This document shows, piece after piece, positions 9,154 through 19,070 of a stretch of 64,000 bases of DNA. Location: positions 544,001 through 608,000 of the forward strand of contig CBDBCZ010000019.1 of NCBI GenBank assembly GCA_965203295.1, given 5' to 3'. The stretch's first letter is position 1, and each line of letters begins with the position of its first letter. Position numbers and translations under genes: made by a program. A model generated the notes under the pieces. It ran no database searches, had not been told where the DNA came from, and saw only the letters and a program-made list of their open reading frames with translations. Origin of the DNA: Nitrospirales bacterium (GTDB lineage: Bacteria; Nitrospirota; Nitrospiria; Nitrospirales; UBA8639).

Positions 9154-10128
9154 CTAAAGTTTGCCTTCTCCTTTCAGATACTTCCTGAACCGATTCATCA
9201 AATCTTCACCTAGCACTCCCACTTCTGGTTTTTCTTTCATATATTCCCGGATCTCGGTCAACCGCTGTGAAGCTTGCTCATTGCCCTTCAGACGTTTGAC
9301 TTTTTCCATGGCATCATTGAATGCATCAAAGGTGAGTTCTTTGTACCCAAAACTACGAATTCGTTTGACAGCCTTCATCATGGCTTCGTTTCGAAATTGA
9401 GTCAGGTATTCGGAGTCAATTTCTTCTAGGCCGAGCTTTCGGGCCCGGCGTTCGGCAGCCTTCCGTATACCACTCCGGACAAATTCCGGGGAAGTGTGAA
9501 GACGCTTCCAGGCGTCATCTGACCAGGCGACTGCTTGTTGTGGTTCTTCCCATAATGTTTTAAGAGTGTCTTCATCAATTCGAGTCAGTCCCCTTTCTAA
9601 GGCTAAGTCCTCGGTATCATGTTTGAGCATGTCGGTGACAAAATCCATAGCAATAGGAGGGGAATCCTGGATTTTTTTCTTGAGCAACTCTTGGGCACCT
9701 GACGTCCAATCTATCGCAGGTCGATCGATCTCTGAAGGGTCTCCCAAGGACTCGACTTTGTCGAATAATTCGACATTGACTTCCAAGTGGCCCCGTTCTC
9801 GAGCAATGTCTTCCGTAATCTGCTTGATCATCGCCCTCATGAATTCAGGAACTGTGTCCAAGCGCTTTCGAGCTTCGGCTGTCCAAGGCAGCTGTCCCTT
9901 TTCCATTTGGGCTGCAGCCTCGACCATGCTGGATTCTCCTCCCATTTGACCCATCATTTGCTTTTTGAACTGGTCGAGGAGTTCTCCAGTAATTTGATCA
10001 TACCCAAGATCCTTGGCTTTTTTTTCAGCTAGTCGTTTGACCATTCCTCGTAAAAAGACGGGAGCACGATCCAATCGTTGAAGAGCTGCCTCTGTCCACG
10101 AAATGTCCGGAGATTCCAAAGTACTCAC
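9154..10128 (-). CDS. Protein with four tandem PCP_red-like (protochlorophyllide reductase C-terminal) domains
   Basis: Four W(T/S)xxAxxRL..P.F.R...A repeats. Confidence 0.75.
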   Translation of the reverse strand: MSTLESPDISWTEAALQRLDRAPVFLRGMVKRLAEKKAKDLGYDQITGELLDQFKKQMMGQMGGESSMVEAAAQMEKGQLPWTAEARKRLDTVPEFMRAMIKQITEDIARERGHLEVNVELFDKVESLGDPSEIDRPAIDWTSGAQELLKKKIQDSPPIAMDFVTDMLKHDTEDLALERGLTRIDEDTLKTLWEEPQQAVAWSDDAWKRLHTSPEFVRSGIRKAAERRARKLGLEEIDSEYLTQFRNEAMMKAVKRIRSFGYKELTFDAFNDAMEKVKRLKGNEQASQRLTEIREYMKEKPEVGVLGEDLMNRFRKYLKGEGKL

Positions 10129-10140
10129 AAGATTGTTACC

Positions 10141-10422
10141 TTAATGATTGTTTAAGAGTTCCTTTATTTCTTTACCGGCTTTGAAAAAGGGAATACGTTT
10201 TTCAGGAACGACAACGGTTTCACCTGTTTTGGGATTCCGACCGTCCTTGTTCCGTCTAATTCGGATTCGAAAACTTCCAAATCCGCGAATCTCCGTTTTC
10301 TCTCCCCTTTGAAGGGCATCCCGAATGGAATCAAAAATACAGTTGACGATCGATTCGGCTTCCTTCCGATTGAGTGTGGAAGCTTTGGCTGTGACCTTCT
10401 CAATTAGGTGAGCTTTTGTCAT
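10141..10422 (-). CDS. ihfB: Integration host factor beta subunit
   Basis: MTKAHLI...EIRGFGSF...GRNPKTGE...PFFKAGKE; typical position after rpsA-sppA. Confidence 0.85.
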   Translation of the reverse strand: MTKAHLIEKVTAKASTLNRKEAESIVNCIFDSIRDALQRGEKTEIRGFGSFRIRIRRNKDGRNPKTGETVVVPEKRIPFFKAGKEIKELLNNH

Positions 10423-10511
10423 CTCCCATCTCCTCTTCTAGGTCTCCTTTGGCGTGCTAATCATGGAAGGGGATTGGCCCCGTTATTTCTACCTCTATCG
10501 ACTCTTTGAAT

Positions 10512-11411
10512 CTACAATGGCATCAAATACATGAGGTTCACGCCAGAGAGGCTAGGTATCCCTGAAGCCGTACCAAAAATTTTATTAGAGAGAAGTTCAC
10601 GAAATGAAAAACGCCTGGAAGGCTCAACAATCAGCGGCGGTTGGGGTACTCCAGACATATCGGCAGCCACCTTGATTGCGTCATGAAGATCGCCAAGTTC
10701 ATCGATCAAGAGAATATCTTTGGCTTGTTGGCCGGTGAAAATTCGACCATCGGAGAGCGATTCAACATCGGCAACATCTAAGGACCGCCCTTCCGCTACC
10801 GCTTCGATAAATTGGCGATGGACATCATCCATGACGGATTCTAAGAGCTCGCGATCTTGCTCATTCATCGGACGAAACGGTGATCCGACATCCTTAAACC
10901 GCCCAGTTTTAATCACTTCACTATGTACTCCAATTTTTTTCAGTAATTCCTCGAAGTTGGCCAATTGCATGATGACGCCGATGCTGCCGGTCAAGGTGCC
11001 GGGATTCGCCAAAATGCGGTCAGCTGCCACGGCAATGTAATATCCCCCAGAGGCTGCAACGGTGCCCATCGATGCCACCACAGGTTTTCCATATCGGCTT
11101 CTGAGCCGCTTGACGGCATTGTAAATTTCCTGTGATGAAGCCACCCCTCCACCTGGACTATCAATGCGTAAGACAATGGCTTTCACGAGAGGGGACTCCC
11201 CGTATGTTTCGAGATCCTGCACTGTGGCTTGAGAGTCAAGAATGGCTCCTTCGACACGAACAAGGGCAATGCGCTCTTTGCCCATTGAAGATAACTCAGG
11301 AAAAAGAGCTTTCCCCAGCATCGTCAGAACCAAGGCGCTGGCGAGCATCCAAAAAATTCGCCGCCATCGTGAAGGGGATTTGCCAGAGGATTTTGATTCG
11401 GCTTCAGCCAT
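10512..11411 (-). CDS. sppA: Signal peptide peptidase SppA (S49)
   Basis: LRIDSPGG, AASGGYYIA, TGSIGVI, DGRIFTG. Confidence 0.95.
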   Translation of the reverse strand: MAEAESKSSGKSPSRWRRIFWMLASALVLTMLGKALFPELSSMGKERIALVRVEGAILDSQATVQDLETYGESPLVKAIVLRIDSPGGGVASSQEIYNAVKRLRSRYGKPVVASMGTVAASGGYYIAVAADRILANPGTLTGSIGVIMQLANFEELLKKIGVHSEVIKTGRFKDVGSPFRPMNEQDRELLESVMDDVHRQFIEAVAEGRSLDVADVESLSDGRIFTGQQAKDILLIDELGDLHDAIKVAADMSGVPQPPLIVEPSRRFSFRELLSNKIFGTASGIPSLSGVNLMYLMPL

Positions 11412-11435
11412 TGTTTCGCCTTTGTCAAATACTCT

Positions 11436-13151
11436 TTATGATTCCGTTGGCTCTTCAGGCGCTTCAGACTCTTTCGCCTGAGTCGCTCGACCCAAGGTCT
11501 GATCCACATCTCCCTGCGTCGAATGGAATTCTTGAAGTTCCAAACTCTCGGTCTCTTGAACATATTCCCGAAGGCTGAGCGCGATTTTTCGCTCCTCACA
11601 ATCGACTTTGACGACTTTGGCGGTAATGGTATCACCAGGATGAAATTTGTCCTCTAACCGAGTATGGGCCTCTTGCCCTGCCTCACTCACATGAATGAGC
11701 CCTTCGATACCACCTTCGAGTTCAACAAAAATCCCAAAGTCAGCAATTTTGGATATCGTTCCCTGGGCGAGTCCGCCAACCTGATAACGGGCTGGGATAT
11801 CAGTTTCCCAAGGATCAGCAGTCAGTTGTTTATACCCCAAGGAGAGCCGTTCCTTTTCTTTGTCAATCCGAAGAATGATGGCTTCGACGCGTTGCCCTTT
11901 TTTAAACAGCTCCGAAGGATGTTTGATATGCTTCGTCCAAGACATATCTGAAATATGAATGAGTCCGTCAATTCCTTCTTCCAATCCAACGAAAGCACCA
12001 AAGTCAGTGACGCTTTTCACTTTACCTTCAATTTGCGTTCCAACGGGATAGCGGGATTGAATAATATCCCATGGATTGGGTGCGGTTTGTTTCATACCGA
12101 GAGAGATTTTTCGTCCCTGTTGGTCAACGTGGAGGACTTGGGCTTCAATTTCATCTCCAACCGATACCATCCGAGAGGGGTGGCGTACATCATGAGTCCA
12201 AGACATTTCCGATACATGGACTAGACCTTCTACTCCAGGGACAAGTTCCACGAATGCTCCATAATCTGTTAAGCTCACGGCTTTCCCTTTCACCCGAGTC
12301 CCTTCTGGATACTTTTCGGCCACATTTGTCCACGGATCGGCCGTTTTCTGCTTAAGCCCTAGCGAAATCCGACCCGACTCTCGATCATATTTGAGAACCA
12401 GGACTTCTAATTTGTCCCGCACGGAAAACATATCTGAGGGATGCCCGACACGACCCCACGAAATGTCAGTAATGTGGAGAAGTCCATCGATCCCACCCAG
12501 ATCCAGAAAGGCTCCATAATCAGTGATGTTTTTCACAGTCCCTTCGATCAATTGTCCTTCAGAAAGAGTCGAGAGAGTCGTTTGGCGTTTCTTATTTCTT
12601 GACTCCTCAAGTAGGCTCCGACGTGAAATTACGACATTTCCACGTCGGTGATTAATCTTGATGATTTTAAAGGGAAAAGTTTTGCCAACGAGGCCATCAA
12701 GATCACGAACTGGGGTTAAATCAATTTGTGATCCCGGGAGAAAGGCCTTGACCCCGATATCCACCATCATCCCGCCTTTGATCCGGGATATGACTTTGCC
12801 TTCGACATCACGATCTTCTTTGTGGGCGAGCTCCAACTCTTCCCACGTTTTCATCTTGTCAGCTTTTTCCTTGGAAAGCACCAAATTGCCCTCAGCGTCT
12901 TCACGTTGTTCGATATACACTTGGATTTTGTCGCCAAGGGAAAGGGAGGCTAGTTCATCAGGCATAAATTGGACATTGGAAATGATCCCTTCCGATTTAT
13001 ATCCAATATCAACGATTACCTTATCTTTTTGAATAGCGACCACACGTCCTTCTGTGATCGTCCCTTCTTCAAAATTACGAAAAGTCTCTTCATAGAGCGC
13101 CGCAAGTGTTCCTGGGTCCATTTCTTCCATGGGATCTTTCGCAATATCCAT
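11436..13151 (-). CDS. rpsA: 30S ribosomal protein S1
   Basis: Six S1 domains; DIGYKSEG, AFLPGSQID, DGLLHITDISW. Confidence 0.98.
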   Translation of the reverse strand: MDIAKDPMEEMDPGTLAALYEETFRNFEEGTITEGRVVAIQKDKVIVDIGYKSEGIISNVQFMPDELASLSLGDKIQVYIEQREDAEGNLVLSKEKADKMKTWEELELAHKEDRDVEGKVISRIKGGMMVDIGVKAFLPGSQIDLTPVRDLDGLVGKTFPFKIIKINHRRGNVVISRRSLLEESRNKKRQTTLSTLSEGQLIEGTVKNITDYGAFLDLGGIDGLLHITDISWGRVGHPSDMFSVRDKLEVLVLKYDRESGRISLGLKQKTADPWTNVAEKYPEGTRVKGKAVSLTDYGAFVELVPGVEGLVHVSEMSWTHDVRHPSRMVSVGDEIEAQVLHVDQQGRKISLGMKQTAPNPWDIIQSRYPVGTQIEGKVKSVTDFGAFVGLEEGIDGLIHISDMSWTKHIKHPSELFKKGQRVEAIILRIDKEKERLSLGYKQLTADPWETDIPARYQVGGLAQGTISKIADFGIFVELEGGIEGLIHVSEAGQEAHTRLEDKFHPGDTITAKVVKVDCEERKIALSLREYVQETESLELQEFHSTQGDVDQTLGRATQAKESEAPEEPTES

Positions 13152-13192
13152 TCCGAATCCTTACTTACCACTCGCGAATATTCGCTGTGGGT

Positions 13193-13885
13193 TTATGGCG
13201 TTCCTACCGGTCCTGAATACGTGGGTGAAGGGGTAGCCTGGGTTGACGATAGTGGATCAGCTGGTTGTTCCACGTGACCTAATTCAGCGATCCGTTGCAT
13301 CACAGTTTGACTGACATGATAATAAAATTCTTTATCCTTAGAGACAGTTGAATTTCTCTGAAAATTGATTGGCTCTCCGAACGTGACGGAAACTGGATGA
13401 AGCCTTATCCGCGTCGAACCCATCGGCAAGACCTTGAATGTGCCTCCGATATGAACAGGGACCACAGAGCACCCTGTTTCCGCAACCAGGATTCCGATCC
13501 CAGGCCTCCCGGGTTGTAACTTTCCATCTGGGGTTCGCGTGCCTTCAGGGAATATCACCACGGGTTTTCCTTCTTTAAGAAGATAGCTTGCTTGCTGAAA
13601 AGCTTTTCGATCGAGTCGATCCGTTTTGAGCGGAATCCAACCAAGCCACCTCGTGATCCAATTCACCAAAGGGTTTGGAAATAAACTGGATCGTCCTAAA
13701 TAATATAAACGCCGACGGACGCCACATCCCAAAAGAGGGATGTCCGCATAGCTCGCATGATTTGAAGCCAGAAGAATTCCGCCATTGGGAGGGGTATTTT
13801 CAGTTCCTATGGAACGATATCGTAGGAAGATCCGACTCAGAATACGGACTAGGACCCAAAGGATCCCATAGACCAGGCTACTCAC
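13193..13885 (-). CDS. plsC: 1-acyl-sn-glycerol-3-phosphate acyltransferase
   Basis: NHASYAD and FPEGTR motifs. Confidence 0.9.
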   Translation of the reverse strand: MSSLVYGILWVLVRILSRIFLRYRSIGTENTPPNGGILLASNHASYADIPLLGCGVRRRLYYLGRSSLFPNPLVNWITRWLGWIPLKTDRLDRKAFQQASYLLKEGKPVVIFPEGTRTPDGKLQPGRPGIGILVAETGCSVVPVHIGGTFKVLPMGSTRIRLHPVSVTFGEPINFQRNSTVSKDKEFYYHVSQTVMQRIAELGHVEQPADPLSSTQATPSPTYSGPVGTP

Positions 13886-14562
13886 GATTGAGTCGGAATC
13901 AGCTCCAACATTTTCTCAACGATCTGAGCGGCTGTGAGACTTGAGGAATCGATCACCACGGCATCAGGTGCTGGCTTTAATGGAGCGATTGCTCGAGAAC
14001 GATCCCGGGCATCACGATTCATGACTTCCTTTTGTACATTCTCCCGACTCAGGCGATGACCGGCTTGTAGTCCATCTTGGTAACGACGGCGAGTCCGGGT
14101 TTCTATATCAGCATCAAGAAAGAACTTTACGTCTGCTGTCGGAAAAACTCTGGTCCCCATATCACGGCCTTCGGCAACAATCCCACCTTGAGATCCAAAT
14201 TCTTGCTGATAGGGAAGGAGCCAGTCTCGCACTTCAGGAATGGCGGCAACTGAAGAAGCACCCTGACTAATTTCCGGAGACCGAAGGTGTTCAGTTACAT
14301 CTTGGGAATAAACGGAAACACGAAGTTCTTTTTCAGTAGAGCAGATTTGGAGGTCCATAGAGGTTAACAACGCTGTAATTTGAGTGACGTCTGAAGGTTC
14401 GACTCTTTTTGTGATTACGAACCAGGCCACTGCTCGATACAGAACACCGGTATCAAGGTACTGATACCTAAGTCGTGAAGCCAAAAGTTTGGCTGTCGTA
14501 CTTTTTCCTGCTCCTGCAGGGCCATCAATTGTGATAGTTAGCCGAGACGTAGGAGCATCCAA
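13882..14562 (-). CDS. cmk: Cytidylate kinase
   Basis: IDGPAGAGKST, LDTG, EGRDMGTRVFP, RDARDRSR. Confidence 0.97.
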   Translation of the reverse strand: MDAPTSRLTITIDGPAGAGKSTTAKLLASRLRYQYLDTGVLYRAVAWFVITKRVEPSDVTQITALLTSMDLQICSTEKELRVSVYSQDVTEHLRSPEISQGASSVAAIPEVRDWLLPYQQEFGSQGGIVAEGRDMGTRVFPTADVKFFLDADIETRTRRRYQDGLQAGHRLSRENVQKEVMNRDARDRSRAIAPLKPAPDAVVIDSSSLTAAQIVEKMLELIPTQS

Positions 14563-14602
14563 CCAGAATTAACCAGTAAAAAGGTTATTATTATAGAATT
14601 CA

Positions 14603-15895
14603 TCATGAATTTGTCAATAATTCCAATAAGTTGGCGTGAAATCCAGGGAAGGAAGTCTCGATACAGGCAGTATCCGATATAGTCGTGGGGGAGTCAGCGG
14701 TTAATGCAGCAATAGCCACGGACATGGCAACACGGTGATCTCCGTAACTGGAGCAGGAATTGCCTCGAATTTGTGCAGGACCTTCAATAATGAAGCCATC
14801 AGGGGTCTCTTCAATCGCGACTTGTAATTTCTTAAGTTCAGTGGTCATGGCATGGATCCGATCCGTCTCTTTAACACGAAGTTCTTTCGCCCCGGTGATC
14901 GTGGTCTTGCCTTTGGCAAGGGCGGCAGCGACACAAAGGATAGGAAGCTCATCGATTGTTTTGGGGACTTGCTCAGGTCCAATGGAAATTCCGTGAAGTG
15001 TGGAAGATCGAACTCGCAAATCAGCTATGGGTTCACCTGCTTCTTCACGAAGATTGATGATCTGAATGTCTGCCCCCATGGATTCGAGAATCTCAAGAAT
15101 TCCTGTCCGGGCATGGTTCATGCCTATGTTTTGAATCAAGACCTCGGAATGCGGAACGACGGACGCGGCTACAAGAAAGAACGCGGCGGCAGACATGTCA
15201 CCGGGGACGGTGAAAGCTTTTCCAGAAAAGGAAACATCTCCGCGAAGCCGTGTCGTCAAGCCCTCCTGTTCGAATGGAATGTTCAAGAATTGAAACATTC
15301 GTTCGGTATGGTCTCGAGAGAGACGAGGTTCTGTGAAACTGGTTGTCTCCTCAGCAAGTAACCCGGCAAGGAGTACAGCCGACTTGACCTGGGCGCTGGA
15401 TACAGGAGACACAAAATGTATTCCTCGAAGTCGTCCTCCCGTGATAGCGAGGGGGGCCAATTCTCCGCCTTTTCTTCCATAGATATGTGCACCCATTAAC
15501 CGAAGAGGTGTGACGATGCGACCCATAGGTCGTGTTCGGAGAGAGTCGTCTCCAGTCAGGACGGAAAAAAAGTCTTGGCCGGCAAGGACTCCACTGAGCA
15601 GGCGAAATCCGGTTCCAGAGTTGCCGCAATCCAAGGGAGCGGACGGCTCCGTCATTCCCCATAAGCCTTTTCCGGAAACTGTTAAAGCATGGGCTTGTTC
15701 TTCAATGGGTATGCCTAATGCTTGGAGACACCGCATGGTACTGAGACAATCTTCACCCTTGGAATGACCAGAAATAATGGATTGACCATCGGCCAAGGCA
15801 CTCAGGATCAGAGCCCGATGGGTGATGGATTTATCGCCAGGGAGGGTCAGGACCCCTCGGAGGGGACCTTTGGGTGTAATAGTCAGAGCGTTCAT
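14603..15895 (-). CDS. aroA: EPSP synthase
   Basis: PGDKSITHRA, DCGNSGT, SAQVKSA, ELRVKETDRI, GDHRVAM. Confidence 0.98.
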   Translation of the reverse strand: MNALTITPKGPLRGVLTLPGDKSITHRALILSALADGQSIISGHSKGEDCLSTMRCLQALGIPIEEQAHALTVSGKGLWGMTEPSAPLDCGNSGTGFRLLSGVLAGQDFFSVLTGDDSLRTRPMGRIVTPLRLMGAHIYGRKGGELAPLAITGGRLRGIHFVSPVSSAQVKSAVLLAGLLAEETTSFTEPRLSRDHTERMFQFLNIPFEQEGLTTRLRGDVSFSGKAFTVPGDMSAAAFFLVAASVVPHSEVLIQNIGMNHARTGILEILESMGADIQIINLREEAGEPIADLRVRSSTLHGISIGPEQVPKTIDELPILCVAAALAKGKTTITGAKELRVKETDRIHAMTTELKKLQVAIEETPDGFIIEGPAQIRGNSCSSYGDHRVAMSVAIAALTADSPTTISDTACIETSFPGFHANLLELLTNS

Positions 15896-16764
15896 GTGAT
15901 TCGATTTCGTGATTCTCTGGCCTGGATCATCATATTTTCCAGTCCATGAGGATCCTGGGCTTTCAAAAGTTCTTTGTACTGCTGAAGGTGCTTTTCATAC
16001 ATGTCAATTAATTTGAGAAGGTTGTCGCGGTTCCATAAACAAATATCTCTCCACATTTCAGGTGAGCTTGCCGCAATGCGAGTTGTGTCACGAAGGCCTC
16101 CGCCGGCAAAAGCCAAAAGGTCCACCTCATCTTGAGTGTTATTTTCAATGTCGCTGAGAGCATTCATGAGTGCAAAGGCTGCAATATGAGGAAGGTGGCT
16201 CACGGCGCCAAAAATCCAGTCATGAAGAAAAGGATCGAGCATGACAATTTTCGATCCCACGGTTTTCCAAAGGTCTTGAATGGCTGCAAGCGCGTCTGCG
16301 TCGGTCTTGCTTGTCGGGGTCACAATACATGTTGCTCCACGGAATAGGTCAGGGTCTCCTGCTATGACTCCAGACTTTTCCTTCCCGGCTATTGGATGAG
16401 CTCCGACAAACCGAACGTGGGGTGGGAGTAAGTGCTCGGCTTGTTCGACTAACAGGCCTTTGACACTGCCCACATCACTGACAATGGTATCTGATTGGAG
16501 CAATTTGCCCCATTTTTGGAAATGGGCTTGGTAACTTTCTACCGGTGTGGCGACAATGACAAGGTCAGTTCCTTTCAATGCAGGAGCAGGTTCCTGCTCA
16601 TATCGGTCAATAGCTCCTATTTTGACCGCTAACTCAAGGTTACTGAGGCTGCGCCCAAGGCCCACTACCCGGTCTGCCAGGCCATCACGTTTCAACGCCA
16701 TGCCCAAGGATCCGCCAATCAGACCGACGCCGACTATGGTGACTTGCTCAAAATAAATGCTCAT
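15892..16764 (-). CDS. tyrA: Prephenate/arogenate dehydrogenase
   Basis: GVGLIGGS, DVGSVK, HPIAGKE, SHLPH, DTTRIA. Confidence 0.95.
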   Translation of the reverse strand: MSIYFEQVTIVGVGLIGGSLGMALKRDGLADRVVGLGRSLSNLELAVKIGAIDRYEQEPAPALKGTDLVIVATPVESYQAHFQKWGKLLQSDTIVSDVGSVKGLLVEQAEHLLPPHVRFVGAHPIAGKEKSGVIAGDPDLFRGATCIVTPTSKTDADALAAIQDLWKTVGSKIVMLDPFLHDWIFGAVSHLPHIAAFALMNALSDIENNTQDEVDLLAFAGGGLRDTTRIAASSPEMWRDICLWNRDNLLKLIDMYEKHLQQYKELLKAQDPHGLENMMIQARESRNRIT

Positions 16765-16831
16765 GGTGCGAGGAGTGAGAGAATCTCTAAATTAAGAAAC
16801 GGTGGGTTGATTGAGACGGGTCTTACCAGGT

Positions 16832-17845
16832 TTATAATTCTCTCCCAACCGCCTCCGCGACTTTTTTCAGGTCATCCATCAAATCCTTAAACCGGTTAGG
16901 TTTGATGGATTCTTCGCCGTCACAAAGAGCGCATTCAGGATTTGAGTGTACTTCGATAAGAAGCCCATCCGCACCAGCAGCAATGGCTGCCTTGGCCATG
17001 GGTGCCACAAGCGCCCACTTCCCTGTCGCATGGCTGGGATCGACGATCACAGGTAAATGAGACATATCTTTTAATGTTGGGACAGCAGAAAGATCCAGAG
17101 TATTGCGGTATTGGGTCTCGAAGGTCCGGATTCCGCGTTCGCACAGCATCACATTTCGGTTCCCACGAGACATGATGTATTCAGCCGACAATAAAAATTC
17201 TTTGATCGTGGCTGACAAGCCACGTTTCAACAATACTGGTTTATCATACGCCCCCACTTCTTTGAGCAGTTCAAAATTTTGCATGTTGCGTGCGCCGATT
17301 TGAATCACATCGGCTTTTTCGAGAAAGGCGTCGGTATCCCGAGGATCAATGATTTCGCTCACAATCGGGAGGCCTGTTTGATTTCGGGCTTCGACTAAAT
17401 AATCGAGCCCTTCGCGCCCCAACCCTTGAAAGGAATACGGGGAGGTGCGTGGCTTATAGGCTCCTCCTCTTAAGATATGTCCTCCTCCCGCTTTCACGTC
17501 ATGAGCGATTCCAACGGTCAGTTCAAGCTTTTCGATCGCGCAGGGTCCTGCCATGATGGCCAACCGTTTTCCCCCAATGGGAATCCCACTCACATCAATA
17601 ACGGTGTCCTGTTTTTGGAATTCCCGGCTGACGAGCTTCCAGGGGGCAAGGATAGGGGTCACGCTTTCAACTCCAGGAAATACGCTCAAGGGTTGATTAT
17701 CGAGAATCCGCTCGTCCCCGATCACTCCGATGATGGTTCGCTCCTCACCACGTGAAATTTTGGTCCGTAACCCCAGTTCCCTGAGCCGGTCAGTCACATG
17801 GTCGATATCGTGCTCTGTGGCTTGGGGTTTGAACACAATAATCAT
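16832..17845 (-). CDS. aroF: DAHP synthase, type I-beta with N-terminal regulatory domain
   Basis: AGPCAIE, GGAYKPRTSPYSFQG, IGARNMQNF, DPSHATG. Confidence 0.97.
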   Translation of the reverse strand: MIIVFKPQATEHDIDHVTDRLRELGLRTKISRGEERTIIGVIGDERILDNQPLSVFPGVESVTPILAPWKLVSREFQKQDTVIDVSGIPIGGKRLAIMAGPCAIEKLELTVGIAHDVKAGGGHILRGGAYKPRTSPYSFQGLGREGLDYLVEARNQTGLPIVSEIIDPRDTDAFLEKADVIQIGARNMQNFELLKEVGAYDKPVLLKRGLSATIKEFLLSAEYIMSRGNRNVMLCERGIRTFETQYRNTLDLSAVPTLKDMSHLPVIVDPSHATGKWALVAPMAKAAIAAGADGLLIEVHSNPECALCDGEESIKPNRFKDLMDDLKKVAEAVGREL

Positions 17846-18954
17846 TCAGGTTTCCTTCCTTGACTGGTATCCGGTGTTTCTTGAAGCACGGTGGCCAGGG
17901 CTTGGAGGAACCGGCGGTTTTCTTCTGGCTGGCCGATGGTGACTCGGATCATGGAACCAGAAATATGTCGAACAATCACTCCTTGCCGGAGCAATCGGTC
18001 AAAGATGACCTTCCCATCTTGGTGAGTATCGAAATACAAAAAGTTCGCTTGACTAGGAAGAGACTGAAATCCCAGGTCCTGAAGGCCTCGTTCGACGAGG
18101 GCCATCTCGGTTTCATTCACAGTCCGACTTGTAGTGACATGGTCCTCGTCGGTTAAGGCCGCTAACGCAGCCTGCTGGGCGAGGCTATTCGTATTAAATG
18201 GTGGGCGAACACGATTGAGATAATTACTAATCTCTGGAGTGGTGATTCCATATCCAATGCGAAGACCAGCCAACCCATAAATTTTAGAAAAAGTTCGAAG
18301 CACAATGGCTTGACGGTTTTGTTTCACGAATTCGAGTGTATCCGGGAAGTCTGGATCCCGGACGTATTCATAATACGCTTCGTCAAATACGACAATGACA
18401 TGATCGGGAACTTGAGCCATGAGAGATTGAACTTCTGATGCGGTCACCATTGTCCCCGTTGGGTTGTTTGGGTTGCACACGAACAAAAGGCGGGTTCGAT
18501 CGGTGATGGCTTTGATTATGGCAGGGAGATCGTGACGCCAATCAAGCAAGGGAACTTCAATCGGAACTCCATGTCCTCCCTTAACCGATAATTTGTACAT
18601 GACAAACGTGTGATCCGCCATAATGGCTTCATCGCCGGGAGCCAAAAAGGCTTTCACAAGGAGACTGATGATTTCATCAGAGCCATTGCCAACCACAATA
18701 TGCTGAGGTGACATCTTCCATCGCTCGGCAAGGGCTTGTGTCAGATGGTGAGCCCCACCATCCGGATAACGATTGCAGGTGTTGGCGCTACCCTTTAGGA
18801 CTGCCATGGCTTTTGGAGAAGGGCCTAAAAGATTCTCATTCGAAGCCAGTTTAATCGCATTCGTAATCCCAAGGTCTCGTTCCAGTTCATCAAGGGGTTT
18901 CCCGGGTGAATACGGGACGAGGCTGGCAATGTCGGGGTGAATGTTTAGTGGCAT
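17842..18954 (-). CDS. hisC: Histidinol-phosphate aminotransferase
   Basis: KLASNEN, GNGSDE, NPNNPTG, DEAY, RTFSKIYGLAGLRIG. Confidence 0.97.
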   Translation of the reverse strand: MPLNIHPDIASLVPYSPGKPLDELERDLGITNAIKLASNENLLGPSPKAMAVLKGSANTCNRYPDGGAHHLTQALAERWKMSPQHIVVGNGSDEIISLLVKAFLAPGDEAIMADHTFVMYKLSVKGGHGVPIEVPLLDWRHDLPAIIKAITDRTRLLFVCNPNNPTGTMVTASEVQSLMAQVPDHVIVVFDEAYYEYVRDPDFPDTLEFVKQNRQAIVLRTFSKIYGLAGLRIGYGITTPEISNYLNRVRPPFNTNSLAQQAALAALTDEDHVTTSRTVNETEMALVERGLQDLGFQSLPSQANFLYFDTHQDGKVIFDRLLRQGVIVRHISGSMIRVTIGQPEENRRFLQALATVLQETPDTSQGRKPE

Positions 18955-19070
18955 AGGTCGTTCACCACGCTAAAGATCCTGAAAGTCCGTGAGGACATTC
19001 CATAACTCGAGGGTGGGGTCACCATGATCGTTGATCAATCTAGACAGGTTCAAGGGCTGAGATGACCCCT

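Noticed and set aside
8912..9157. Short ORFs over the repeats (also 25706-25985 and 49376-49601)
   Set aside because: They are translations of the GC-rich repeat family in various frames; their shared peptides reflect DNA repeats.
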